From Bispira polyomma (Eukaryota): DNA of 64,000 bases. The stretch is from the NCBI GenBank assembly GCA_965649765.1, contig OZ287749.1, forward strand, positions 64,108,001 to 64,172,000. The letters run 5' to 3'. Positions 51,700 through 64,000 of the stretch are shown here, in pieces (positions within the stretch are counted from its first letter, which is position 1; every line of letters starts with the position of its first letter). The notes under the pieces were generated by a model. The model saw nothing but the letters and a program-made list of their open reading frames with translations. It was not told the origin of the DNA and ran no database searches. A program made the translations under genes and the position numbers.

Positions 51700-52165
51700 G
51701 GTATAAGCTAAGCACCACCCCACAATTGGTTGCATATGGAACAACAGAAAACAACTACAACAAAAATAATTCTCAGTATATTGAGATAGGGGGAAAAATA
51801 AGCAATATATCTGGTAGGAAGCCACACGTTTGGAATAAATCATACTCCCAGGGGCCATATTTATTGACCACTTTGAGCTTAAACGGAAGCTTGCCCAGTT
51901 ATTGGCTCTTTAAAGACGGTCATATATAAATCTGGTTTTTAAAAAAGGCATTATTACAAAGTGGGTTGTTTCATTAGAACAGTGTTTCTATCTTCTTATT
52001 CCCTGTTAAAGTTAAGAATTTAAGACAAAACAAAACCTTAGTCAGATTATATATACTCTTTTGGGGACAAAAGAACCATGGGTTTAGTTCACTACAGACA
52101 ATAAAGTCATCTGCATATAAAGTTGAGTACTGCCTCGAGAGTTTTATGCAAATTTGAGACCAGAG
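51700..52165 (-). mobile_element. Degenerate LINE (Crack/L2/CR1-like) RT fragment
   Basis: ORF 51974-52168 contains the LYADD catalytic motif followed by ..PWF...NLTK. Downstream are frame-shifted YCLFFP(Y)LN and ..WG motifs. Confidence 0.6.
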
Positions 52166-53814
52166 CAAAAACTAGCTGGTATTAGCTGCTGTAAAGTTAT
52201 AGCTGCTTCAGTTCCAGAATTCCTCCATATCTAGACTGTTAAGTTTCATCTAAATCTATAACCTTTTTAATGTCAATAAATAAAAACTATAGAAGGACAA
52301 ACTGAAAGTTTCAAGTGATTTAATGAGATTTAGAGATCTCCATCCTCTAAAGACAGATACCAAGATATTAGAATATGTACAAGTTAATGCCACAATCGGT
52401 TTTAGAAGGTCCGAGTATGCTGAGGTTCATTTCCTTTCACTACTACTTCTCATTTAGGACGAATAATTTTCAGTTGCAAACGAATTACTCAGAGAAATGG
52501 GATCCCAGTAACTCACCATTCTGTGTATTACAATGTGTCAGGTTTGATTCAACACAAAATAGATGCCTCACAAAAAGTGAAGAGACTTAATGTCTGAATA
52601 TTTTAAGCATTTTTTTCCACTCACTATTATTTGTCGATACACAACATGTCCGTATTGTATATATGTATATGTATATAAGTGATTAAAAACATTTTAACAG
52701 GTTTTATATAATAATTTCTGTATACATAAAAACCACATGTATCTTTAAAATAAAGAAGGAGGACAAGGTATAAGTGTGTCTTGAGCTGTATCCCACTGCT
52801 GAAATTAAAAGCCAATTTGCTAGGGATGTTCTGGCATCACTTTTTGTCATTGTCCGTATGAACTGAACATAGACACAAGATTGTTTAGCACAAAAGTCCA
52901 TCAGTTTGATTTGAAAATATACCCAAAGGCAAGAAGTCGTTGTACAGTAATTATTAACTAAATGCCATTTTTTTGTAAACCCATATTTACTTAGTGCAGC
53001 AATCATGTATTGACATTTCTTATCATATTTTGTATCACAAAAATTGGGTTCTCACATACTAGAAGTAGTTTTTAATAATGTCACATTTAAAACTTTTAGA
53101 TGTGATATTATACCCTCTTTGTGAAGATGTGGAACAAAGTCAGGCTTAATATAATTTGAAAAATTAAATTAATATAAAATGTCAAACTCATGGGTTTACC
53201 CGAAGAATGGAAGGATTTGGCAGTCAGAAAAAATCTAATCATATATCAAGCTATGCCTTGGCTTTAAAATACTGCTCATATTATAACTAATTTAATAACA
53301 CTTGATGAGAATAGTCTTAGGTTTCAGTAATTCCAGTTAACACCATGATCTTGTTATCAACTGGATCTATCAGGTAGCCACTTCTGTGGGCAGATGTCAA
53401 TTTCATTATATCAATATCATTTAATATTTCAGAGATAGTATTAGTTACATGGTATTAAGAAAATTGTACCCTTAATTGGTTCTTCAAACATAGAGTAGAT
53501 AAAGGACACTCACATATGCGTCACAACTTTTTTGATGATCTTATGTTTACAATTTAACTCCTATAAGAAATGTATTTTTCTCTGAAATAAGTATAAAAAA
53601 GAAACACCCTATTCTTGCCTATGAATAATGATTATTAGAAAATATCTTCAAGTATTTTTTGCCTTAAATCTTGGACAAGTTTCTTAAAAACTAATGGAAA
53701 TATATATTTTGTTGCAAAAAAGGCAAAAGAGTATCACTTCTTTAATCCCATTTTACACAATGATCCTTGTTACAGCTCTGCTAAGTATCTTTCTTTGTCT
53801 TTTTTTATTGCCAG

Positions 53815-53957
53815 ATTATGGTGATGATCCTTACTTCACATCCCATAAGAAGGAGCCAGATGCTCCAGTATTCAGATACACAGAGACAAACATCACAGTG
53901 GGGCCGGGAGACCGGGCAACCTTGAAGTGTCGAGTGGACAACCTGGGAACTAAAAAG
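53815..53957 (+). CDS. Internal coding exon: N-terminal half of first Ig domain, Dpr/ZIG-8-like (DIP/lachesin-related IgSF)
   Basis: Polypyrimidine tract plus CAG acceptor (53812-53814) and AAG|GTAAGT donor (53958). Encodes (D)YGDDPYFTSHKKEPDAPVFRYTETNITVGPGDRATLKCRVDNLGTKK. The P-x-F...N-I-T-V-x-x-G-D-x-A-x-L-x-C-R-V-x-N-L-G-x-K pattern is typical of Dpr-family Ig1, which normally continues V-x-W. N-glycosylation sequon NIT is present. Confidence 0.9.
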
Positions 53958-54319
53958 GTAAGTTATCTCAAGTATCTGTCAATGTGGATTGGCCCCTGTT
54001 TCCATGATGCTGCATCGGGAGCGGACGCTGATTCAATCACATCATACCATTTATATTGATGTTTTTCTATATACCCGATGCCGGTGCGAGACACCATTGT
54101 CATTGATACAAAATTATAAGTTTCTAAATTCTAGTAACAAATGCCTGTTTACCTCATCAAATCGTCTAGCAAGCCTAGACATGTGTGGAAACTTTAAAAA
54201 TGATTGCCATTTATTGGTTGGCGATCAGCAGTCTGGTACATAGAAACATAGTCTTGTGGGCAATACCTTTGTTCACGGAGAGACAGCTTTTGGTTTTCTC
54301 CCAGACAGCAGTAGATCCA

Positions 54320-54435
54320 TAATAAGTTTGGATGTAGCCCTCTGTCATTGGCCCCTATCCACAATATAAGGCTAAAGAACCTTGGGAACATTGACAAATA
54401 GTCATACTCAAGCCTCTGCCCGGTAGGTATTGCAG
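54320..54435 (+). mobile_element. SINE family C fragment
   Basis: CTCTGTCATTGG...GGCTAAAGAACCTTGGGAACATTGACAAATAGTCATACTCAAGCCTC. Confidence 0.65.
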
Positions 54436-56084
54436 GTGCTGGTTAGTTGTACTGATGTAGTCAAGAAAAGCCTATGTTCTTATGTAAGAAATATGATCTG
54501 CCCGAAATGTAACTCCAATTTCTTTCACCATTTTATTGTTTATCTCTACATTTTTCTGATTTAAATTTTCTACTTGCAGTATGCGAATGCCATTGTTGTT
54601 TTTCCTCTCTCAAAGTCCTTTATTTTTAACAAAGCATTTGGTACAACCTTTCGGATAGGCTAGGGTAGACAAACCCCAGGGATGCCTTACAATTAACCAC
54701 ATTAGAACATAGGATTAGGAAATTAGCAAAATATATGCTGCTTTCACCAAGCATAATGCAATTGGTCGAAGTTTGATACTTTCTATATATTGTTGTTGTT
54801 TTTTAATATGGACAGCGATGACACGAATATCACATTAATAAAATGTGCTTTAAATAATTTGGACATTAACATAATATTGACAGAAGCAGTTGAAGGGATG
54901 TAAAGTAGTGGAAACATTGATAATAGTGCAAATTTTATAACCAATAACTCCTCAAGACTCAAGCTAACATAGTGTGTGTCTTTTGACAATTGATTTCCAC
55001 ACTGTGTAAATGTCATAATAACTGCAGTGGTAGTTTGGCCTTTTTTATCTTGGGACAGAATAAAACACAAAGAATACAAACAAAATGAATGGGTTCTTTA
55101 TTTGCAAAAATTCTAGGTGACATAACAGTGTGTTTAAGCAGTAAATTGTGACTAGGAGATGTTTTAAGAGCTCCCTACGGCCTAGCTGCTTCATGGCCAA
55201 ATACAATGTAAATAACATTAAATTATTTGTATAACCTCAACTGGCATGTAGTTGCTTCCAAAATAAAATCTTAAAACTAGAAGGGAATTGAGTAAGCGTG
55301 TATACCATTGCAAAAGGACCACAGTGCCAAAGCCATTTCACTAGGAACCGAATTTATCCTTGGCCCATGCCCTCATCCCTCTAATATTAGTGTTTTGTTT
55401 GCAATGTTTCACCAGAAAATAAAGTAGTGCGGTTGCATGAAACAACATAAGCATTAGATTGTATGGAATCAGAAACACTGGCACACTTTTTACATCCCAG
55501 CAGAAATTCAGGAGAAGATATTTCAGGGAAGGGAGGTGACCCTTTGGGAGGAGGTTTATCTATTGCTTGGAGAAAGCTGTTTTCTCTTATCTCTGAGCAA
55601 GTTCCGTCAACTCAGTAAATTGGCAATAAAACCCTGTAATAGTTTATGGAAGGCAAGGGTTGCACTAATTTGCATATTCAGATGTTACTCAATCACTCCA
55701 TTCAATATAACTTAAAGTAGTTATTTATTGTAGTGTTGTTGTTGTAAATAAACATATATCTAGTAATATTTTATGAGAAAACTCATTGATTACAATACAA
55801 CTACAAATACTCTTTTTTTGCTATGCTGGATCCATTGGTTTTAAGCAAAACTGCCTTTGAAAAAGCACTTATGGTATTGTAATATCAGGTATCGCGGTCA
55901 AATTGTAGTCACAGGTACTCAAAGGATTATTTTTATACAATTGAATTACTTGTTCTTCTTTTTGTGTATTCACAAGATGAAGGTTTGTGAGTTGAATTCT
56001 CTTCACAGTATTTACAATACTGCATTTATTTTTAGTAATATCGGTTAAAATAATTCATTGCTATTTATATTCAGCACATAGTAT

Positions 56085-56372
56085 ATCCCTGCTTTCAAGG
56101 TATTTAGAGAGATACTGTACCTTTTCTTGACTGCGCTAGTACAATCATCCAGCACCAGTAACTGTCATTCCCTTAACCTGAATACGGAGGCTTAAGTATG
56201 ATGATTTAGTAACGTCCCCAAGGTTCTTTAGCCTGCCACTGGGTGTAGGACCCAGTGACAGAGAACTATCATTTTAAGTTGTCATCCGAGCCACTATCTA
56301 TCTACCTGTACCTGGGATTGGGCTCTAACCCAGGTCCGCAGTGTTCCTGAGTATCTTACCTACTAGGCCACA
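56085..56372 (-). mobile_element. SINE family C variant lacking the CORE-like block
   Basis: Shares the Deu-like domain and 3' region with the 15050 copy. The head joins directly via AGGTAGATAGATAGTGGCTCGGATGAC. Confidence 0.72.
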
Positions 56373-58693
56373 GTGCCAGATACAATGTACCAATGTATCC
56401 TGGTTCATTCTAATCATCTAAGAAGCTTTCCATACCAATACAACTCTAAGTTGTACCAACTACATATGTACTTTGTTATAGGAGGCTGTATTGTATACAA
56501 CTGACAGCTGGGGTATTGGGTCTATCTTTACCATCAGATATATAAACTGTACCAGTTTGACAGTCTTCTATAATCACTCTATTCAAAAGCTGGGATGCAA
56601 CTTATCTCTCTACTGACACTGATCAGCAATTGATCTGATTTGATACAGAGATAAGATGGGTGTGATGAGTGGCCTATACTCTATGGTCCTTATTTGGAAC
56701 AGTATGTGTTCCATATAAAGGACAATTCTGACAACAACAAAAACGTATCAGATATAAAATTGGAAGGATTTGTATCTTAATTTGAAGCTTAATAGACAAT
56801 ATCTTTAAAATCCAGTAGTTAGATCTGTTGTGGAGGTGTAATTTCTGGTTTATTACAAAAGGGGTTTTAAAGTTAAGTAGAGAGGTTTTTAACCCATTAT
56901 TTTATGATCTGGGGGTTTTGGTATATAAGCTATGCTCACAAAAAAAGCATAGACAGACTGATATTTCGTCTGAACTAACCTTCCAAAATTCAGGCCAGAT
57001 TAGCCAGGATTTAGGCGAAAAAACAAATACGCTGAATTAATTAAACATATTAATTTAAGATGTACTGATGACGGAAAAGCACTAACAGCATTGCAAACCC
57101 TACTTATTATTTATGCCATCATAGAGGCAATAATAAAGCATACCATGCTTTTCAAATGTCAAAACTTGAACACCTTGGCAAGACTAGACTAAATGCTTTA
57201 ATGTCGAACTGTGCAAGACATTAGCTTTCTCTCTGATAGTATTTTAGGCAAATAACAGTTTGGATGTTTGTTAAATGTGAAAGACATGTATAGAAAAGGT
57301 CTTGTTACAGACAGAGTATACAAAGGAGGCCTTTGTTTGGACCACTATTGATGTCATTAGCCTCTGTGTGAACAGGCAAAAGAGGGGTGTAGACTTACAG
57401 TAACATTCACAAATTCTACCCTAAATAAAAGGAGACCTTATAAACTATGCTACTAATAGTGCATACTGTTACAAGTCATTAAAACAATGTATTTGCCTTT
57501 TGCAAACGTCACCGGGATGAGATCAAATGAATAAAGAGTCCAGTTTTGAAAAATAAATGACGATGTCTTTAAGAATGGTTACAAATTTCACATCACGCGG
57601 TATATCCGGAAGGGTTACAAACATTCCCTACCAGTATTGACTGAGTGAAATAGATCTTTGTAATAAGCTGTCAGATAAATATTATGCTTTTGCATGTTAA
57701 CATTATGGCAGCTAGGAGGGGGTGGGGAGGGGGCATATATATTTTTTTGTCTTTTGTACTAAACTTTAGTCCTGAAACACAAAACTCAAAATCTGACATT
57801 CAAAGTGACTATAAGGGCTTGCTCTTAAAAATATCCTGAGGCATAAAATTGATATTTTCAATCAATGATATCATTACATGGTTTAGTAGTTGATACTAAC
57901 CTTTCTAGTGAAGAATCTGTAGTATACATATGTATAAGAAAAGAAGATATAGGCTCACCCCTGAAATAATACATATGTGTCAGTCTTTAAATCCCACTTT
58001 ATAGACATGTCTAATGGGGCCAATGAGAAACAAATGTAACTTTCAAAATACAAACAGCACTACTACCTTGGCATATTTGGTGCCAATTGTCATTGATATA
58101 ATGGCTTCTATTGTCAAACGTCATATTATTAATTTCTTACTCTCATTCACAAAAATTGCAAAATTATACGGTCTTAGTCATCCAATTTCCTGTAAAACAA
58201 CGATTTTGTTAAAGTGTGTCCAAATCGCATGGCACCAGTTGAGAGAAAAAGGGAAATACAAGTTTAATTACAAAATTCGGTTTATTTACCTGTTATCCTT
58301 ATTCCCTAAAACTTACTATTTGAGTTCAAGCTCAAACAAAACATCGCCAACGGTAACCTCTAAAATATTAATTTGTAACTTTGAGTAAAGGTCATATTTT
58401 GACCCTTTTGGAGATGGTATTTTAGTTGGAACAGAATAGCAACGGAAATATTCATTTACATGTAAAACAGTGAATTGACTAAAGTCTGGCCTAAATAGCC
58501 TGGGCACAGATGTGAAGCTTCTGACAGGTGGGTGTCAGTGAAATTACAGTTGTTGTATGTGTATCTATTCTATCCTTGCTTTACAGTACAGACATAGGGC
58601 ATTGTTTGCCTTACCAATGGCTCAAGGTTCTCAGTTTTAGATATAACACAGTATGCTCTTAGAATTCTTGAATTCCCACATACAGGTCTGTTT

Positions 58694-58903
58694 GGGGCCG
58701 CGGTGGCCTGGTGGTTAGCAAGCATTGCGCTTCACAATCACTGGTCTCTCACCCCTGGGCGGCATGAGTTCGAATCCCATCGATGCCTATGTGGGAAAGG
58801 TGGTAGTTCCATACTGTGGGCCGCAGCGTTTCCAACTACCGGTCCCAATATAACCTACTAAAAGGTACTAGAGTGGACGTTAAATATCTAAATTCAAATT
58901 CAA
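58694..58903 (+). mobile_element. tRNA-derived SINE family A with an internal deletion of about 45 bp
   Basis: Same head and tail, B-box GAGTTCGAATCC. 13-bp TSD ATACAGGTCTGTT at 58680-58692 and 58904-58916. Lacks the TGGTTTC...GTTTCCTC segment. Confidence 0.9.
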
Positions 58904-59049
58904 ATACAGGTCTGTTCTGATAAGTATTGGTTAATGGTAGGATAGATGTTTCACCCACCCTAGGCATCATTCAAAGTGCAACATCATTGACAATAAGACA
59001 AAATGTGCGTGGTCCTAATTAAACATAACCAGATCGTCACCAATCAGGT

Positions 59050-60260
59050 TTGCATGCCCCAGAGAATGCTATGTATGGTACGCCAGGTTTGACTGGATGA
59101 CCTTTTTGGAATCTACTTTCTATGGGTAGACAGAAGAAGGTACAAGATTCTACACATTTGCCAGAGCTTGTATTAGATATAGACAATCCTTCCATCATCA
59201 TAAGTGTACTAAAAATAGCAGGCTGTTGAAGAGTCAAAGCTCAATGCGGTAGACTACTTTCCAGCAGCAAGAAAATAAGTATAGTATCATCAATTAAAAG
59301 TGCACAGATTTAATGTTGTTTTAAAAATAAAATGAGGCTTTATGAGAAACTTTAGCCTAAAGCAAGGCTAGGGTAACTAGGTCCCTGTGCTTCCCTGCTT
59401 AATTGTAATAGAGGTCACATTGCTGAGTAAAACACTTGTTCCCCAGTGTATTACCTTTATCCGAATTCTACCAAGACTTATGTGCTGTACAAATAGTCCA
59501 AAACTATCTAAACTTAGCTCAGGCAAAATTTAAACACCAAGTCGGTATCTTTCTAGTTGCCAGCCTCAGGATTAAGTCCATCCTTACACATGAAGTTAAT
59601 GTTAAAAGCGTCATTCATTTGAATGGAACTAAACGTTAATCATGCAAATGATATTATTAGTTATACCTCAACAACAGGACATCCTATAATTACATTTGTT
59701 CAAAGTAGGTCCCTTTTTCATAAATCCTAGTATAGTCCCGGACTACCTAGTATGTCTTCAAGCTGTTATACATCTTATTATACCCACTGTAAAGTGTGGT
59801 AATCTGTACAATGACAACATGGCCATTAACATGGTGCTCATTCCAGGTGAGATTAACATTGACTGTATTTTGTTTCTAAAAGCACGTTTTGCACGAGCAA
59901 CACACCACAGTTTTGTGGGTAGTCTTGTCTTTAGCCTGATCCAGGTTAACTTCTGGGGTAATTATATATCAATGTTAATGGATTCGGGAAAAAAAGAGAA
60001 ATATAAGAGGTGGATGCATCAGCATTAGTAAGAGAAATTGTCACTTCAGTCTTAAATTGAAGATTTCTATACCCTGTCCATAAGAGGACAAAGTATGGAC
60101 TTCATGTAAGCTTTTGGTAGACTTTTGCCCTTCGGCTTGCTAAAGTATAAATCTTTGTGTACATGACTATATTGCCATTGTTTACAATTTACATTATCCA
60201 TTAGAAGAGGATAGAAATATTTATTGCTAAAACTTTGTCCTTGAAATCCAATAATAAACA
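59050..60260 (-). mobile_element. Possible highly decayed Ty3/Gypsy pol relic (RNase H - integrase)
   Basis: Minus-strand remnants occur in Gypsy order: KYFYPLL..H..L, NADA (ADALSR-like), VGIIRC (H.G..KC-like), VRMDL, and frameshifted HP(Q)SNLA (HPQSNG-like). Weak and frame-broken. Confidence 0.3.
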
Positions 60261-63200
60261 AAGTGTAGTAGACATTTTGGCTACAGTCGATTATTAAATT
60301 GCTGTTACATATAAGCTTTAAAGTACTTGGTTAGAAAGTCAGATTGGCCTTGGGGGTGGTATCTGTGACCTAACAACTCTGTGTATATATGTAACAGTTC
60401 TGGACCTCTATTGTTTTACCAAACTCAAGCCCAAACTCAAACTCAACTCTCATATGAGCAAAAAGTGCAAATGGAACCAAGGGATCCTATATTACCTTAA
60501 CAAAGCTGCCAGCAAGATATATATATATATATTTTACAAAATTTTAAATTTCACCTTGAGTCTATATTAAAACTGAAGTGCTTTTCTGGCATTAAGCTCG
60601 TTTGTAAATCTTTGTTTACAACTTTCCTTGTATTACGTCTAGCTTAAACAGAGGTATAGCCAAGACTCTTGAAATATGTTTGACCCAGTTGACATACATG
60701 GTGTCCCTTTAGGAAGTATTAAGTTTTACAGACCACATCAATGGATTCTACATATGTACATGCAACAGCTTAATCAGATTTCTGTAACACATTGACAACA
60801 GACAGGTTGACTGTCTCATTTTTGCCACATATAGATGAATATAATAAAACTCTAAATTCAAAGGTCATTAAACTTTGCTATCATTTACCTAGCATACCTT
60901 TACATATATTAATAACTGTGTACACTATTAATTTTGGCAATGCATTTATTCTATATCCCCAAATTATAGCTTACTTTCTAAACGCGGTCCATCTCTAACT
61001 GTATAATATATATGAAAGAACAATTTTTAGTGATAGTATTTTGATATCAATTATGGAATCTCATTGTCCTGTGTCAGAAAAATGGACCAGAATGAAATTT
61101 ATGATTGACGAGTACCAAAATTGGTGTGTAATTGATATTTTGTGCCTTCACATGGGCCATCAATCTCTTTGTCCAGAGCTATTATGTAACATCTATACTT
61201 CTGCCCCAATGTTTTGTGTATTACCCAATGAATTGTTTCCTAAACAAGGTATAAGGTTATGTAAGCAAGACAAGTGGTTTGGTCTCACTATAATAGTTTG
61301 GCACTAGACATAGTTTTTAAAGAACAGAGAATAGTTTCCAAATATACATCATTTGTATTCTTAAAATATTCGAAATATCATAAAGGTCGTCTGTTTCTAC
61401 GTATTGGGAGGAAAAATTTGATGTGTGTAGAGAACGAGGATACATATCAATGAAATCAAACAATTTGACTTGTTGTTAGCAATGATCAGAGGTGGAAGCC
61501 AAGTGAAATGGTAAAAAGCTCCAGTCTGATGGTTTACACAATGTTTACATATGGTATCACTTGACAGCATTCAGAAGAACAATTATTTTTCACCATTCAG
61601 TTTAAAATTTCGAGTGTGTCAATTATGTTGACATATGTAAGCTCTTCATATATCCCTGTATTGTAAATGTGATTAAAATATATATTTTTTTGAAATTTAC
61701 AATCAGGAGAGAAAGTGACATTCAAATAAACAAGTGTATGATTTTTTGGTGTACAACAACTTCCAAATAGCCAGCAGACTTTTAATCCCTAGACATTGTT
61801 CAGTTTGATATCCAGAGATTTGCTTTGATAATTTTAAAGCCTTAAATATGATCAATTTGAGTTCTATAGCAACTCGTTAAGACCCAGACTGGTCCCCTAA
61901 CTTTACCCACTTTGATTGTCACCAGGATACCAATTCTGTAATAATCATGTGGATGTGTGTTTGAGAACTCTAGTGAAATTTTTAGGTGGCTTCATGTTCA
62001 AGCAACACCATAACGTTCACATTTCCTTTGATTCCCCATGTTCCAATTTTATTAGGCACAGCCTGATATTGTTTTGATTTTTAAAAGTGTGTCACAATCT
62101 TGGAAAATAAGTAAGGCCTTCATGCATTGGTTGGAAGCAATTGGCCCGGCCAAAATGAGAGGTGTCACATTTATTGGTATCAGGCGCAGCTTTATGGGCC
62201 TGAGTATATATAGTGGCCATATCAACGTTAGTGCATTTCACACTGTGCGCCAATGTCCTTTTTAAAAGACAACTCTTGTTGAATCTTTTATAGACAGACT
62301 CGGGGGGGTCAGGACTCACCTTTTATTTACAAAATCCTGCATCGGCCTCTATCAGGTCAGACTAAAAACAATCCTGTGTCAATAGTACAAGATCTTAGAA
62401 AAGATATTCATCTACACAGCTTCACTGAATCCTTACAAATAAATATACATCAACCTCAACATATGTAGCTGGTTAGATAAATATTGATATTGTTCATTTT
62501 CACCATCTTTATGATACAAATATGTGTGTTCTATGAAGGTATCAGCACCATACTGTCTGGCTCCGCAGTTCTCAAATTTGACATTTGCTGTTTCAGTCAT
62601 GTTTAAGGTTTCATGTGATACACATTACAATAAAGACCATATGTGTCAGCTAGCAGTTCCCATGTTTTGGCCTCATTGTGGCCCAGTAAAAGCATACTAA
62701 CACTTTTCCTTTTTTTTTCACCCCAGTGGGTGTATACAGGTTTGTTTGACTAACTTATACAATTAAGTTTTCCCCCCACTTGTACAAAAACTTAAATTAA
62801 ATTCTAGGTAAAGAAAAAATGCATTTTCTTTGTTTTGTTTTTACTTTTTGTATGAATTGGGCCTAGGATAATTAAAGTTTTTTTACTTGGTTTTCATTTA
62901 AAAACGATAACTATACTATGTTTAAACCCATCTCAAAATTTATCCTCGTGTTTTATAATGTATAGATGAGATCATCACTGAAAGTTATATCATCTATTTT
63001 GTAGTATATAGAAAACCATGTTGATTATTACCTGATCAATCGAGTTGGAAATGAACTTGTTGGAGGAGCATCAATTACTCATTAACAGGCCTAGTTTGTT
63101 GTGTACGAGTTATATAAATAAATCTGAGTTTAAGACTTCCATCGATACTGCTTTTAGTCACCATCTCTGTGCTCTGTGCTTTACATAGAAAACTTTAATA

Positions 63201-64000
63201 TTGGGTCCTTGCCATTAAGAGAGCATTTGGATGTTACAGCCTGTATTGATTGCTATCCAAGCCAGCCCTGTAATTCGATTGTAAATGCTTCCCAAAAGCA
63301 GAGATTGACCAGATATCTTCAAATTTATGTCATGTACACACTGGTGATACATGTGACATGCTATGTACATTTACCATTGACACATATATCATAAAGTGGA
63401 TATATCTGATAGCATAATTGATTAAATATAGATTAGGTAAAAAGGAGATAGGGACAAATGAGATACCAGACGCTTAGTGGTACTTTAACCATAACATTCA
63501 CTTCACAACCACTGTTTTCTTATGTCTGATGACAGTGGTTCCAACATCCCAGTTTCCTTCATTTTGGTCAAAGTTAATCATATACTTCACATAGATGGCA
63601 GCAGTTTACTCTTTAGATTGCCATACAAAACTGGTTAAATCCACCAAACAATAACCGGCAAGCCATTATTGCAATGTAACCTAAGCTTCTCAAAGTGATG
63701 CAAAACAAAGAAAAACACCACCTTTATAATATTGAAGCACTACCTCCCAACACTCCAGCCAGTACCTTAATCTGTCCTCACTTTGTCCACCCCCCCCCCC
63801 CCCCCCCCCCACATCTTATACCCCCTGTAGCCACATAAAGCTCCACTTCACCGCCCCAGGAACCTTCTAAATTGGCACACAAAATAGCAACAAATGAGCC
63901 TCTTTCCCGTCTTCGTGTTCCTATTGCCTAGCCCAATGAATAATGAATGGACCTCCCCTCCCATAGCCTTAACTCCTTGCTGTAGTCTTGGGCAAGTTAC

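Noticed and set aside
53694-53814. Hydrophobic N-terminus of ORF 53694-54059 as a signal peptide
   Set aside because: It is the translated polypyrimidine tract of the intron. A clear CAG acceptor at 53812-53814 and a better leader exon at 33809 exist. The ORF tail after 53957 is also intron.
53958-64000. Next Ig-domain exon (expected V-x-W start, phase 0)
   Set aside because: No acceptor followed by a plausible Ig C-strand sequence was found. Candidates such as 58528 translate to non-Ig sequence, so the exon probably lies beyond the window.

Overview
AT-rich (roughly one-third GC by eye), repeat-dense, almost entirely non-coding animal genomic DNA. The repeat inventory (tRNA-derived SINEs with V-, CORE/Meta- and Deu/Nin-like domains, L2/CR1/Crack LINE relics, 3-bp-TSD MITEs) points to a lophotrochozoan, most plausibly a mollusc; this is an inference. 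The only host protein-coding sequence I can support is the 5' part of one + strand gene for a Dpr/ZIG-8-like immunoglobulin-superfamily cell-surface protein. It has a signal-peptide exon (33809-33920, phase 1) and, about 20 kb downstream, an exon encoding the start of the first Ig domain (53815-53957). The next coding exon (expected to begin V-x-W) is not recognisable in the window. Nearly all ORFs in the supplied track are spurious or transposon relics. The rest is intron or intergenic DNA with several SINE families (some young, with intact TSDs), PIF/Harbinger-type MITEs, degenerate LINE and possibly Gypsy fragments, local tandem duplications and a 6x79-bp array derived from a SINE head. I found no convincing multi-gene novel system. 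The most interesting items are the split Dpr-like gene with candidate alternative or poison exons, the Pol III-promoter tandem array and modular SINE domain shuffling.
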